Positions 24,901-37,683 of a DNA stretch of 64,000 nucleotides are shown here, in pieces. This DNA is from Haplodiscus bocki (lineage: Eukaryota): assembly GCA_965655095.1 (NCBI GenBank), contig OZ296651.1, positions 99,014,001 through 99,078,000 on the forward strand. Reading direction: 5' to 3'. A program made the translations under genes and the position numbers. Positions within the stretch are counted from its first letter, which is position 1. Each line of letters begins with the position of its first letter. Below the pieces are notes generated by a model. The model had not been told where the DNA came from, did no database searches, and was given only the letters and a program-made list of their open reading frames with translations.

Positions 24901-25150
24901 GTTGAGGTGCTCTATCGCAGAATTGAATATTTTCCGTCTTGCCCATTCTTCTTCAGACTCTACGATGAAATGTTGACATGAACACACGTCATCTGCAAGA
25001 TTCGTATCAACAACTTCTCTGATGATTTGGTCAGAATCAACATTTGCTGTTTTGATTGGAAAGCCATGTTGAGTTTTTCAATGTTGTCCATCGTTAAAGA
25101 CTAAAATTTCTTCGTAACAGAGTTCACATTTCAAAGTATTTGAGCAGTAT
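21950..25150 (-). pseudogene. polB: Decayed protein-primed PolB of element B, with internal deletion; 5' boundary approximate
   Basis: Minus-strand fragments NNKDVIPTL, TIKLVVKNSFGCQIMDRSRH (motif B), ELDSDSFSLYL (motif C), CSKTCCC...KFSSK, YEQ...LSYFYPK (C-terminus). Confidence 0.85.
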
Positions 25151-27899
25151 GCGGAATGTTGATGTATGGGACGACTGTAAAACGAACACGACGGCCTCAT
25201 ATGACAATAAAAGGAAAGATGGATTCATGTAACTTTAAAAGGAACTGTCTTTCAGTTGTTCATTTCCTACAGCCAACAAATGGCCTTGTGAAAAGTTTAA
25301 TTATGAAACCTTTTATCTTCTGAAGTGAAGACTTAGTGTTTGAGGAGAGTACTCAAAACTAGCAAGTTTCTCTGATATGACGACAGACTGTTTGAGAGAA
25401 AAAATCGAGTGGAACCAACTGATTTGATTAGGAGGCGTGTTGATTGGGACTTGTTTTCGAGTTGAACACATCTACAGCATAAGGGGCCAAGTTATCTGAG
25501 AAAATCACTCTAGACGAACGATTTCTACTGATTGAGACACAGTTTTTCTAGGAAACTGATTCACTTGTCTTGTTCAGATTTGTCTCATCTGTCAATCAAA
25601 AACATCTCGATAAAAGCAACAAAATTCATTTATGCTCGCAATCTGTAGTGTAGTGGTTGAAAAATTCTGAATCATGGAGTTGTTGATGTAAGTTTTTTCA
25701 GTGATTTTGCGAATGTACAACGTTTTCCACCATTGAGCCACAATTCCACAGTTTTTTGAACAGAACTATTGAAAACTGATTGATTGTAGTGGAAACCGTA
25801 CCATCTCTGATAATCAAAAACTTTATCCAAAACCGTTACATCACCAACAACATTTTGCAAAGCTCACTGAGCAAAAGTAGTTGATGTCTGTCAAAAAACG
25901 AATCCCTTGATTGTGAAAACTGTATTCATTTTGCGAAAAACTACCGGGGGAAATTTTGGACAAAGAAGACGTAGGAAAAAAGTCACAGCAGCGTTGTATC
26001 CTCCAAGAAGAAGTAAATAATCCGAAAAAAAAATAATTTTATTCTTTGGTCAACAGTTTGTTGGAGTTTCTCAATGTTTTTGACCAAGCTATGAAGTGTT
26101 TACAGATTCCACTAGTGGAACGCACAATTAAGATTGGATCTACAGAGTCGAAAGACAATCGCTTCACGCAATTCTACGAAGATTTCATTGAATCTCCGTA
26201 TAGACAAATTAGATTATCATTCCGTTCTGAAAAAAAAACAAATCTAGCATCTCTTCAATCAGATAGTTTGAACTACACGGGAACAACTTATACTTACAAA
26301 TTTTGTCGATCTTAACCATTGCTAAGTTTACCACCTCTAGAAGAGTTAATACTATGTTGCAATCAATTGTGAAGTAACTGAGAGAAATTAAAGGCTTCCA
26401 ACCTTGATAGCTGGAATGGCAATAGCGTTTTTAACATTTTTGGGAACGTGTATTGTCCGATTGAGATGTGTTCTGGGAAACATTGCGTGCACAAAAATAC
26501 TCCTCACTCTCTCTGCAAAAGTGACTATCAATGTCCTCAAGGTGCTTACATATGTCGTGTCTGTTTTTATTACTCTGATGAACGAACAATTCCGTTCATA
26601 ATGATGTGTAACCAAGGGATTTACATTTTTGATGAGATGCGAAAGTCAATTTAAGGTGTAATTGAAGATGTATATTGCCTAATTAAAAAGACGAAAAATG
26701 TTTATACGTGTGTTTTCGTTCCGACCAAACCTCACTCTGAATGTATTTGTTACTGCCTCAGAATGTGCAATGCCAACTGTCATCTGCCTAATATTCTTTT
26801 TCAGGAACGGAAACCAACAATGACTGCAATTGTTGAAGATGGATGGTAGACAATGATTTAGCATAAAGACGATTTGTAACTAGCAAGCAGAAAAATTGTC
26901 CGTCCCCAAAGCTACAAAAAGTTTCTGCACTCGAAACAAGCTACAGTTAGGCAGTTTGTCAGTTTCCAAGGACGGATTGCACTGGTCTCCCGAAAATGTT
27001 CCAGATTGTGTCACGCTTGCTATGAAAGTTTCCGACCAAGAAGTGACAAAAACTTCTCAAGCAATCCATCTGCCAGCTTGCACTTTAATGTGATTCCGAA
27101 ATCAAGAACTGTTGGACAATAATTTGGCTGCAATCCTAATGAAAATCAACCAGCAGGGAACTATGGAGATGCGGGAAGAAGTAGTGTCAAGTGTAGGCGC
27201 ACAAAATGTGGATACAAGCGGGTATCAGGTGTGTGATCTATAAAATTAAAAAATTGATCTTCACTGGGACGATCACGACGTGAGCATGGTTGCAATCTTT
27301 CCATCATGCTTTGACACTCCATGTTACCTTCAATGCAACGTCCAACGAGTTTGAGTTGAGTTCAGTGCCTAAAAACCCAAGTTTGATTCACAAAGAACAA
27401 GACAAGGGGAACTCTCCCTCAACCACGTCAGTTTCTGAGAGACCAATTCAACCTCCCTCGTTGCTGAGAAGCCGCCCTTTGGAACACGAGTTAAATTGAT
27501 CCTCATCATGTTTAAAAAAGTTTGTTTTGATAAATTTCACTGTGTATGTATATTGATGATACAAAAGTAAATGATTTTTTCCATTTTTTCAAAATCTATC
27601 TCGACAACTGGTCAGATATGAGTGAGACGCCAACAGATCTAGTTTTGCTGTCTTTAACTTTATTACTAGGAGGAGCTAGTTTCTGCATATATTGAGTTCA
27701 TATATAGAGAAAGAAGGACACCACATCAAAACGAAAAGTCAAAGTGACTGCGAAAAAGAACACAGGATCTGTATGCGATTATCTGTTTGACGAAGATTAT
27801 GTAGTCCGTAGTTTTCATGCTGGTATGGAGGAAAATGTCGAGAAAAAAACGTGCGTTGGAGTTAAGTGAGACTTTTACATTAAAAAAATTGAGGACTGT

Positions 27900-28362
27900 T
27901 TGATTCAAAATCTGACACGTAACAGAGTTTTTACAGAGTCTGACTCGTTGATAACTTTTTAGTTCAACTTTGACGCATTCAAAAAGTTCTATTTCAAAAT
28001 CTGAGGAGTTGAAGTTTTTGTAATTCAATATCTGACACGTTAGTTGCTTCAAATTCAAAACCTGGCAGGTGTTCGACATTTTTTTCCAAAATTGTGGTAA
28101 GTAGAAAAAGACTAAAAGGGGAACAATTTATCAATCTACGGAGTAAATGGAGTCCAAATGTGATATCTTGTATGCAAATTGTTTTTCAAAACCTGACACA
28201 ATCTGAAAATTTTAATTAAAAATCTGACGCGTCTGTAAAATTTTTAATTCAAAGTGTGACACGTTTTGAAAACTATATTTCAAAATCTGACTGAAATAGT
28301 TTTTAGTTCTTACATCAAAATCTGACGCGTTGTGAGAAATTCATTTCAAAATGTGACACGTT
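27900..28362. repeat. Degenerate ~30-bp minisatellite with core TTCAAAATCTGACACGT
   Basis: About 10 copies, e.g. near 27904, 27994, 28024, 28054, 28186, 28217, 28248, 28279, 28314 and 28345. Confidence 0.8.
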
Positions 28363-29452
28363 GAAAACCCTTTGATACGTTGTCTGAATGTTATCTTGTT
28401 TTCCAGGTTCTGCCTAAAATGTCTGATTTATATTAGTTTTGCGAGGAGTGTTATAATCGGTGGAGACTATTTAAATGTTAGTTTTTCAATTGTTGTTGTG
28501 GTACTTCAGATAGTTTTGAAAGTTATTCCTTTTGCGCTAAAAGTTGACGCTTACAAATGTCTTTGGGTCTCAGAAAATGGCTTGTTCATGAAAAATTTAT
28601 CTGAATTGATTTGGAAAAACTAGTATATTCACCAAAACTATCTAGGAAACAATCTACAAATTTTATGCCCTCAATATTGAAATTATTTCATCTAACTTGT
28701 TCAATTCTTTCTGCAATATCTGATCCACTGGTTTGCGTTGATTTTCTCCGTTGGCAAGAGCTCAGTGAGTGCTTTTTTATTTTTTTCTCAAGAGTTTTGT
28801 TTTCGGAAGGCTGGGGATTCCGTCCAATTCTCTGTTTTTTATATCAAAGTAGACCTCTCTCTACAATATCAGACATTTGTCAATCTTTGGAAAAATGTTT
28901 GGCACTAAACCAATGCGTAAACGTTGTGTATAGGCAGTCAGTGTTAGTAGTTGAAGCAAAACTAGTCCAATACCTTCTATTAGTATATTTAGATGTTTGA
29001 ATTTGGGTAGGAGGCATATGTTGTCATGGTGATAGGAAATACAATAGTTTTTACTCACAATTTCTTTCCATTTGTTCTTGCATAATCAAGAAGACTCTTT
29101 TCCGATTCCTTGGCATAAAGGCTGGGCATCAATTGTAAAATTGTAGCTGCCATTGCAATGTTGAGTTGTTTTCTAAACCATTGAATATGAGGAATCAAAA
29201 AAGAACTTTTTTTGTACAAGACTGCTCGATAGGAAAATGGTTTCACATATGCAAATATACAGTGACAATGACCAAAAAAGGATGGAATCTCCTTATTTGG
29301 CATCAGCAGGTGACAATAACCCAGTAAGGTGACAATGATCAAAGAAGAAGCGTATATGAGCAACAATTTGCAGCTCCAAAATCTGTCTTTAACTATCATT
29401 CTCACAGATAAAACGTTTCATTCAGCTACTGGCATATTTTCTGCACGATAGT

Positions 29453-30043
29453 ATGGCCTAGAACACTACTGTTTTCTTGGTAAAGTCTTTTCGCACCAAT
29501 TATGCGGACTTTTTTCAAAGCCAAGGCACACTTGGAAAAATTTCCTTGTCCAATAAAGCGTTCAACTACTTGGATAAAAAACTCAAAAGTTCCAAGGAAA
29601 AGGAAACAAAGTTTGCAGCCTTGTACAATTTGTTACAATGGAAGATGCAGACTTCAACAATTTTTTGAAACTACGATATCAGCTAATTTTCGCAGCAAAA
29701 AACATTGGAAGAGAGGAAAACATTTCTCCAGTAAAGATTTCAACAGTGTCCAAAGATAAGGTTGGACAACTCAAGCTAGCTCACAGAGTAGTTGACTTTG
29801 TTGACCAAGCAAACGGATATGTTGTTGTCACTGTTGCAGTACAATATGAACAAAACGGTGGGTTGATTCACTTCGAAGAATAACTTTACTAGGGCCGAAG
29901 AATTGCAGAGAAAAGGAGCAAGAGAAAAATCAACAAACTGTCTATGTGAATTGTGATTTTAATGAGTTTGTTTATTCAATTGATTTAATGAATTCTGTAT
30001 TAGATGAAACTTTTGCCAATCAGTCCATTTGTAATGTTCTATA
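29453..30043 (+). pseudogene. PC4-like (putative ssDNA-binding) protein remnant of element B
   Basis: Stitched frames NYLDKKLK...MEDADFNNFLKLRYQL...LKLAHRVVDFVD...; beta-rich segments followed by F..F..L helices. Confidence 0.45.
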
Positions 30044-31689
30044 ATCAGTTTTTGCAATTTTTGTCTCCTTATTTTTTTTCCAATTCAGGAAGAGTTGGGA
30101 CATTCGGGATAATAGAAATTCTTTCACAAACGAAAAATGATCCGAAAACTTTTTCTTATTGTTTTAACAAACCCAAAAAAAATCTCCAGAAAACATACTG
30201 TGACTGAAGTTAAATGAAATTTTCACCAGACATTGAAAAAACTGGTCCCAAGGAAACATTTCGCGTCTAAAGCGGACAATATCTAATGGTTGGAGAAAAG
30301 TATGTGTACACTTTAAGACTCTTACACACAAGATAAATATTGTCGTGTAATGTTACCAAAAAATGCTGTACCTCTAAAATAGTGAAATGCATCTGGGACT
30401 GACAAAGTACCAGACACTTTTTGCACAACGAGTTCGTCTACTGAGAAATTTTAACAAAGTTTCGAAACCGGTGCATTGAACTGGATTGAACAACTGTTCA
30501 TAATTGAAACGGTTTTTATCAAAGTGAAACTTTTCTTTCTTTTGAACAATTTCCGATACTACTCTGGAAAAATTTGGTTATTTGAACACAATAGTTTGAA
30601 ACCAATTTCCAAAAGCAAGTGATTGTTGGGAATAAGGAATATCTTTAAGTGATGTGGACCAAAGTTTCAAATTTGGTGGAATCATTACGTGAGAGCACTC
30701 GTATTTGGACTTTCCTTCTTCTCTTCCCGAGGCTTTTAGTCTACATGCATTACTATATGATGCTGCTGAGGCTGTGAGATAACGTACTGCTAAATGAAGT
30801 GGCTCCCGTTGTATAATTGGGGGAGGACTAAATTCAGTTCAGCTTGGTCACTGGACTAGTGGTGCATTGTACTACGTTTCGAGTTTGCACATTAATACTT
30901 CATTTTGTAGTTGGGTTTTCCAATTGGCGGGAATTTTCAGGGGTACTCATTTCGTCCTTCAGAAAAAATACAAAGCCACGGAACATACCTTTTTGTGCAC
31001 AAGAAATTTCCACGGAAATATATAAAACAGTGGACGTTTGAATTAGAATGAGCTTCTAAACAATCTTCCCAAAGATGAAAATCCTGAATACCCTGCAAAA
31101 GGTAGTGAAGTCTGCAGGGTTCTTGGCAAGTGAAAAGATAGAGAGGTGGACAATTTGCAGATCATGGCTGCCCCCAATATCAGGATTTTCTTCATAGTAA
31201 ATCAGATGAAGAAATGTGAAATTGCTCGGTTCACTCAATTCGAAACAAAACAATACTTCATCGTGCAGAGCGCAAAACAAAATTGTTTGGTAGGTGAACC
31301 ATGGAGCATTTTAATCTGTAAAAATTGTACTGTGAAATGTATTTATCGTATCAAAACAATCAAATCCTTTAAATTATTTCGTTTTTCTGTCTGAGATCCA
31401 ATATTGAGTGATTGAGCGTATAAGCGAGATGACTGATGAACTAAATAACTTTTTTGTAGGGACAAATACTTTTTAGGGCAACAATAAAGAAAGAAAATCG
31501 AAGTCCTGTTTGGGTGAAAGCTGTTCCAGATCTCTAAGTGTCTTTTTGTCCAAACTGTTTTCTCTTTTGATGAGTGATTTTGGTTGCTTTTGGAGAGTTC
31601 ACCTTGAAACATTTTGAAAGAATCAACTGTTTGGGTGGGAGTTTTCCGTAGTGCAAAGGAAAACATTTCACCGTCACTAAGACTACAAA

Positions 31690-32330
31690 AAAATCAATTT
31701 ATACAAAAGTTGTTGTTTTTATATTATTGGTCGGTGCGTCCGAGATGGGGAAATGGCAACTCAGTCAAAACTGGCAAAAAATTGGAACTTTTCAATCAAA
31801 AGTTCCAGCCACTTTACGAAGTTATGCAAAAACAAATTGAATATCTCGCTTTTGTTCATGTTATGAACTTTCATTTTATCATTTCATTACGAAACAATGG
31901 TACAAAGAACTTCTTACTTTTTGATTATTCACATAAAAAGATTTCCAGTTGAAATGCACTGGTTGATTTTTGCTACTACTGGAAGAAATCGTGGACTGAG
32001 TTTTATCTACTCTGAGCGAAACTTGTTTCATCTAAGAAAACTTGGTCGAGACGGTGTGCATTAAAACGAGCACATTCTTGTCTTCAAACATCCCTGTGAT
32101 GCGATGCAGGTCAGTCCGGTCAGTGCATAATTGGATCTCAGATTGTAGCTAGTGGACCGGCATGGAGACGCAGCATTTGTCCTCTACAGTCAGTTTTTGC
32201 TTGACTCGTAAGCACAAACAGACAATCAATTACGTTTTTGTACAAGAAAAAGACGAATTCTGTCAAATTTTTATACCTCCGATCGGTTGGAAACATTTGA
32301 AGTCCAAGAACGATGATTAAACAAAAACCC
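31690..32330 (+). pseudogene. A32/FtsK-like packaging ATPase remnant
   Basis: Degenerate Walker A LLVGASEMGK (~31725-31755), Walker B FLLFDY, TTGRNRGLSFIY...NLF, HILVFKHPCD, LLD...LRFCT. Confidence 0.85.
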
Positions 32331-32739
32331 TTCTACTGTCCAAGTGTTCCAATTTTTTTCCGCCAGTGGAAACGTTTTTTCCTTCAGTGGTGCGCAGAAA
32401 AGTTCTTTCAGGTTGTCCTTCGAATGTATGGTAAATCTACTCACAGGAAACCTGCAAAGCCTAAAAAGACATCACTTGAAAAAAGTTTCAAGAAAAAGTT
32501 GGATTGCCATTTCTGAAAAGACTCTCCTGGCAGCAAAGGAAAGACATTCTTAAAGCCGAAAAAGGTATAGAACTCAAAAAAGTCATTCTTCTCCCGTCAG
32601 TAACTTTTTGTCCGGAGTTGAAGCGGTTTGTTGTCATCTTTGCTTTGTGTACAACAGCTAGTGTTGGAACACTCAGGCAGTAACAAATCAAGAACTTCCA
32701 AAATATCAAACTGAACAACATCCCACGAACCAAACATAC

Positions 32740-32980
32740 TGGCCCAACTGCAAAACGCGTGGCTGCTGACTATTTGGAATTTAGTGTGCAAGAAGTTGCA
32801 GATGTTGTTATTGGTAGAAAGATTTTGAAGACAGCAGCAAAAAGTGAGGGAAGAAAAACTCTGCGAAAACAGTTTCGTAGTGGTTGCAGGAAAATGACTG
32901 CAAGCAAAATAATTCCAACAAAGTCTGCAGAACCAACCAGCCCGTCGCCAAGAGACACTTTAACAAACAATTCTCACTGA
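32740..32980 (+). pseudogene. Basic core-protein remnant upstream of the capsid gene
   Basis: ADYLEFSVQEVADVVIGRKILKTAAKSEGRKTLRKQ; typical Polinton position between ATPase and capsid. Confidence 0.45.
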
Positions 32981-32981
32981 T

Positions 32982-34277
32982 ATTGTCAAATAATTTTCGA
33001 TACCAGCATTTTTTGCTAGTTCCTGGAAATCTTGGCGGGAAAGTCTCAGTAGTTGTTAATGTTTTGTCGTCCCACAAACCTGAACTTTATCCTACTACCT
33101 CACTCGATGTAAGCTCCATAGAGTTTGAATTTCAAACGGATCGGAACTATTAGGTTGATTTGAGAGAATTACTTGGCTTTGAAACTGAAATTGGTCAAGG
33201 GTCGTGGTTTTGATTCCTATAATACCATAGAACTTAAAAGATAGCGCAATGAAGAATCAAATGAGACTGCATGAGGTGAGGAAACGGATGAAGGCGCTCA
33301 AAATTTCCTGGGTACTTATGTAATCAACATTTTGCATTCTTTTTATCCAATGTTGATAGGTACATCAACAATCAGCAATTTTACAACTCTAAGGGATTTT
33401 ATGCGCACAAGTTTTACATTTCCAATAATTTTAAGGGAGCCATCTCTGGAAACCAGGGGGTTTTTGCATTGCGAAGAGCATGATCATGGAGTGTTTCCTC
33501 CAGAGACTACGTTAGCAACCCTTGTTTGAACCCTTTTTCACAACGAGATTGAGAACACTTAGTAGACCAGATGGCTTCATGCTGCATATTAAATTAAGAG
33601 AACGCTTTTTCTTCACTTTTCAATTACCTTGTCCAAAAAATAATATTAGGCTACGACTAATCAGAGTCAAGTGATAGCACCTTAGTCTGTCTTGGATTTG
33701 TTGATTGTTCACTTCACACTCTGAAGAAAGAATACTACAAGAAAAGTGTGGACAGACGTGCATATACTCCTAAAGCGTTCAACTCTTTGAAAACGCAAGG
33801 AATGACTTTTATTATTCCTGCCTGAAAAAAAAGTTCATTCCAGAATACACTTTTAATAGGTCTGCAGTTCGTTGGGTTGCTACTGCAATGAATACACACT
33901 CTGCATTCACTTGATCATGGACTGAAAATCCGCTGAGGTGTCAATTCTCAGCTCTCAGACAATTTAGAATACTCAGAGGAGGTCAAAATTTGTAGATTTT
34001 GATGCTCCTGATAACTGCCACATATATGTTTGGACAATGGAGGCAATGAACCTTCAGGATGATTTCTCATTTTCCATTGATAATTCTAAAGTCCACTTTT
34101 TACTAGTGCTTGGTTTGACTTCAATGCAAAGCAATTCTGAAAATTGTCAGTGCCCAGAAATAGTTGGGAAATCAATGAGGTTGCAGCTGTGTTTTACATA
34201 TACTCTTGAACACGTTTCTGAACTCATTGTTTGGGTTGCACTTGACAAGTTTAATGTTGTTGAAAAGTATTTCCTAA
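32982..34277 (+). pseudogene. Double jelly-roll major capsid protein remnant
   Basis: ELYPTTSLD..IEFEFQTDRNY*VDLR, NILHSF, IRLRLIR, VATAMNTHSAF, HFLLVLGLTS...MRLQLCFTYTL; many frameshifts. Confidence 0.82.
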
Positions 34278-34645
34278 ATGGTTAACGTTGCTCTCCAGCA
34301 CAATATCATTCATATCCTTCGAGTCAACTACAGTTACTTTGGTCCCTTCACTTTAACGTTTGCACCAACTTTTCCTTATAAGTTTTTTGCCATTATAAAT
34401 ACGCAGCTGAGCATTATGCAGGGGGAGCAAAGAGAAATGATTGCGAAGAGTCGTTACAAAATGTTTTTTGCTCACTCTCTCGGATGTGAGATTTTTTTCC
34501 GTAGCAGCACTATAAGCAGATCCACCACAGCGTTTGCTGTTTCTACATAAAATTTGCGGCTTCTCATCTCTTCAACTTCTCGCAGAGGAAATTAGTGGAA
34601 TTGACGATTTTGGTGTACTTTCATTTATAAGTGAAGATAAATAAT
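34278..34645 (+). pseudogene. Adenain-like cysteine protease remnant
   Basis: FAIINTQ....GEQ (GEHW position), FFAHSLG (FxDSxG), SVCCFY (CGxY position). Confidence 0.8.
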
Positions 34646-34739
34646 AATTTATTCTTTCCAAATTAAATGTACAGTGTATACAATGTTTTCGTTATTAGTG
34701 GTACTCCGTAATTAACTTTTCAAAACTTTCAGTACAATA

Positions 34740-35145
34740 TGTCAATATAGCATTAAGTCACAAGAGTGTCCGCAGGCGTAATAAGTAACACCGGAGCCGC
34801 AATAATTAAAAGCCGACGTAATATTTAACCCCTGACGTAACCCCTGACGTGCGTGACTTTGGAAAAAAATCATTTTTTTTTTCGAAAAATTCTCACAGCG
34901 CCGAAAATGAGTCGTTAATCCCTTTCCTTATCTTTATACATTACAAATTCCTAAAGCCTATATTAATACATTGCCCAATATCTTTCCCTTCCTTTATACA
35001 TTGCTGAACGCACTCGGTTTTTGCCCGAAACCAAAAAGTTGTCAGAAGCCAATCAGAAGCGAGCACAAAAAACCCCCTAAATTTCGTTAGCCAGTCAGAA
35101 TCGAGTATTACGTCACTCAAAAACACCCAAGAACTCTGGGTTAGG
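34740..35145 (-). repeat. Right TIR of element B; outer ~110 bp missing
   Basis: Reverse complement of 21430-21860, e.g. cagaatcgagtattacg/cgtaatactcgattctg and aaaaagttgtc/gacaacttttt. Confidence 0.85.
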
Positions 35146-35648
35146 AGAAGAAAGATACCGAAAGTAAACCACCTAAAAATCTCAATCAACAATTCCCACC
35201 AATTTAAAAACAGCCCTCTATATACAAACAACATTCACTTCAATGCACTCCCATTGTGTGCTGGATTTTTAGGCAGCCTTTTCTTTTCAACAACGGCGCC
35301 TATGATTCCTTACTCGCGCGGTGAAAAATTCACCAGCGCGTATTTATTCGCGCGTGTATTTTTTGTCACCGCCATTTTATCCGCGCGTACACAATTTTCT
35401 TCAGCACGAGCTCCATTTGCAAACAGGTTAGCTCTAATTTTCAGCGGTCTCACGGCCAATTGAATCGAAGCAAAATTACATCACCGCCATACTTTCCACT
35501 ATTCATTTTGTCTAAACAACTTGCTGCCGCTCACATTACAACGACAAAATACAACAATCTGATCTTCTCAAAAATGTTAGTAGTTCTACAAAAAATTCAA
35601 AATAGATCAACAAAATGAACAAAAGTCTTAGTAATTTTTTGTTACAGC

Positions 35649-36126
35649 ATGTCAGCAATCAACAATCAGCAACAAACTTCAACAATTGCAGCAAATCAAA
35701 CCCAAGCACCACAAGACAACCTCGAGATGTAGGTTTCGTGTTTCACTCCAAATTCAAATTATCGGTATATTTACCTAAAAAATTGGCAATTATTTTTTGT
35801 TATAGAATTGTGGACGCTTCCTCATCCTCACCACTGTTAGCAACGCCTATTTTCTTCCTTCCTCCTCCTTACGAAGATATTTACCCGGAGGATCTCAATG
35901 TGGCATCAATTGCCGAGGTAAGTTTCACTGCTTCAATCATCATTTTTTGTAAAAAATCCGGTTTTGGTGTGACAACGCTTCCGTGTTTATAAAGCAGTTA
36001 ACTTTTAATAATCCCTATACCGAAAAATTAATGACGTTCTAACAAGTAATAATTAGTTTTTTTTGACTGTTTTTGTCCATGCAGTGGCCATTTTTGCGTG
36101 GTTGGGACGCCGTAAAAGACGTGTAA
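35649..36126 (+). CDS. Predicted 3-exon 77-aa protein with PPPY motif (exons 35649-35728, 35806-35917, 36085-36126)
   Basis: GT-AG introns with T-rich tracts (gtaggt...ttttttgttatag; gtaagt...tttttgtccatgcag) join in frame: MSAINNQQQ...NLEIIVDASSSSPLLATPIFFLPPPYEDIYPEDLNVASIAEWPFLRGWDAVKDV*. Confidence 0.5.
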
Positions 36127-36136
36127 CGTGGGAAAT

Positions 36137-36180
36137 GGCTGGGATGAAAAAAGTTCGCGCCGCGCGAACTTTTTCCAGCC
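36137..36180. promoter_or_regulatory. CGCG palindrome (E2F-like half sites) upstream of ORF 36285
   Basis: aaaaagttcgcgc-c-gcgcgaacttttt perfect 13-bp arms plus outer ggctgg/ccagcc; function inferred. Confidence 0.4.
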
Positions 36181-36284
36181 CAGATTAAACGTGGAACTTT
36201 GTGTGTTTTGACTGTTTTTCGCCAGGCAACAGCCTTTTTTGCTTAGTTCGGGCTCCTTAAAAATTAGTGGCACGTGCAGAGTAG

Positions 36285-37328
36285 ATGGCAATGAGTTTGT
36301 ATTTCCAGCATGTACAATTCCGCAAACAACGAGACGCCGATCAAATCCTTTTCGACCACTACAAGCGAGGACTCATCTCGCGTCGCCACCGTGTCATTGT
36401 AAGACCCTACAGGGAGAGTGGAACGAATGAATTTCTGGATTGTGTTTGCGAAGTCAAGGACGCAAGTACACACCAAGAGGAATTCTTGCCGGCACGAAAC
36501 GAGAAACTCTATCAAAAATTTTTGGGCCCCAATGTAGCCACCGAAACGCATCAATGGCGATCTTATGAAGCCATGGACTACTACCACTTCAAAAGATCGT
36601 TCCAAAAAGTTGTTTCCAGAGTGGACTACGATGCGTTTCGTCAAGATTTTCCTCCCACGTCGGATGAAGAATCTGAGAACGACTAGTATGATGAAATATA
36701 CGAATCGACTTGTGTGTCAAGCTCGATTATAACAACCGCAGAGGAGAAGCGAGGAGTTCGAGCTTTCAGAATCGCTGTGAAAACGTCTGACTTCCCCTCC
36801 ATTGCCATGGGCGAATCAAATTTTTCTTTCGGTCTGCAAGGTTTGACACCCAATGTATCAGACATGAACACTCTCCGATACTATTGGGACGTAAGTGAGA
36901 ATGTCATGATAGGAAATGATGCCCTAATTTTCACTCCCGATGACTATATGGACAGAATCGAAAATGCATGGCTAAGTAGCAACAATGGTGTTGAAATTCT
37001 GGAATTCCTTTTGTTTGTGGACTTTGACGCAAGCTGCTTGCATTTTGGCCTGAACAACACCGTGTTACGGAAGAAAGTTTTTTTCAAACGTAAGGAGCTT
37101 TACCAAATTGGTGTCGATTTCGCCGTGTCAACTGAGGCTTTGATGCTTGTCGAGGTTTTCAACCGTCCAAGGAAATTGAACGAACTTTGTCCACAGTTTT
37201 TGTTGAACATGTACTATGAACAAGCAGAAGATGTTTTTGGATCGCAGTGGCTCGACCAATTCACAAAGAAACTAAAGGACAAATTCTACTTTTCACACTG
37301 TGACCAAGAGGCAGAGAATGACAGGTAG
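36285..37328 (+). pseudogene. Unknown ~350-aa protein of element C split by an in-frame TAG at 36684-36686
   Basis: ORFs 36285..36686 and 36714..37328 share a frame with only the TAG between them. Confidence 0.6.
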
Positions 37329-37683
37329 TCCAATGCTCGTTTGACTACTCGAAAGTCTCTCGCAGAAGCCTTCAATATCACGAGGAAGCCCACAGAACTT
37401 TTGTAAACAGTCAAGCTGTTTAGTTTCACATTTTTCTTTTTATAAATGACATAAAAAATGTATCCAGTTGCCCTATAAAGTCGGATTTCCCTTGCAACCT
37501 AACAGAACCTCTGAATATGATTTTGCTGATTGTTATCCAAGAAAAAACAAAGTTTTTGTATTGCACACATAGATTTGCTTAAAGCGAGATATGTTAATGA
37601 AGGAAGGAAAAAAATTTGTTGCTTGAATTAGTTTTGTAAGATGTTTCCTTTGTTTCGGAAAAGTATGTCTGTTACTGTTTGAC

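Larger units (their letters stand above)
21318..35145. mobile_element. Polinton/Maverick element B; old, TIR-bounded, all genes decayed
   Basis: Starts AGTAGTAGAGAG; 21430-21860 is an inverted match to 34740-35145; contains pPolB, ATPase, major capsid and protease remnants. Confidence 0.88.

Noticed and set aside
27900-28362. CRISPR-like array
   Set aside because: Repeats degenerate, spacers only ~13 bp, no cas genes, eukaryotic context
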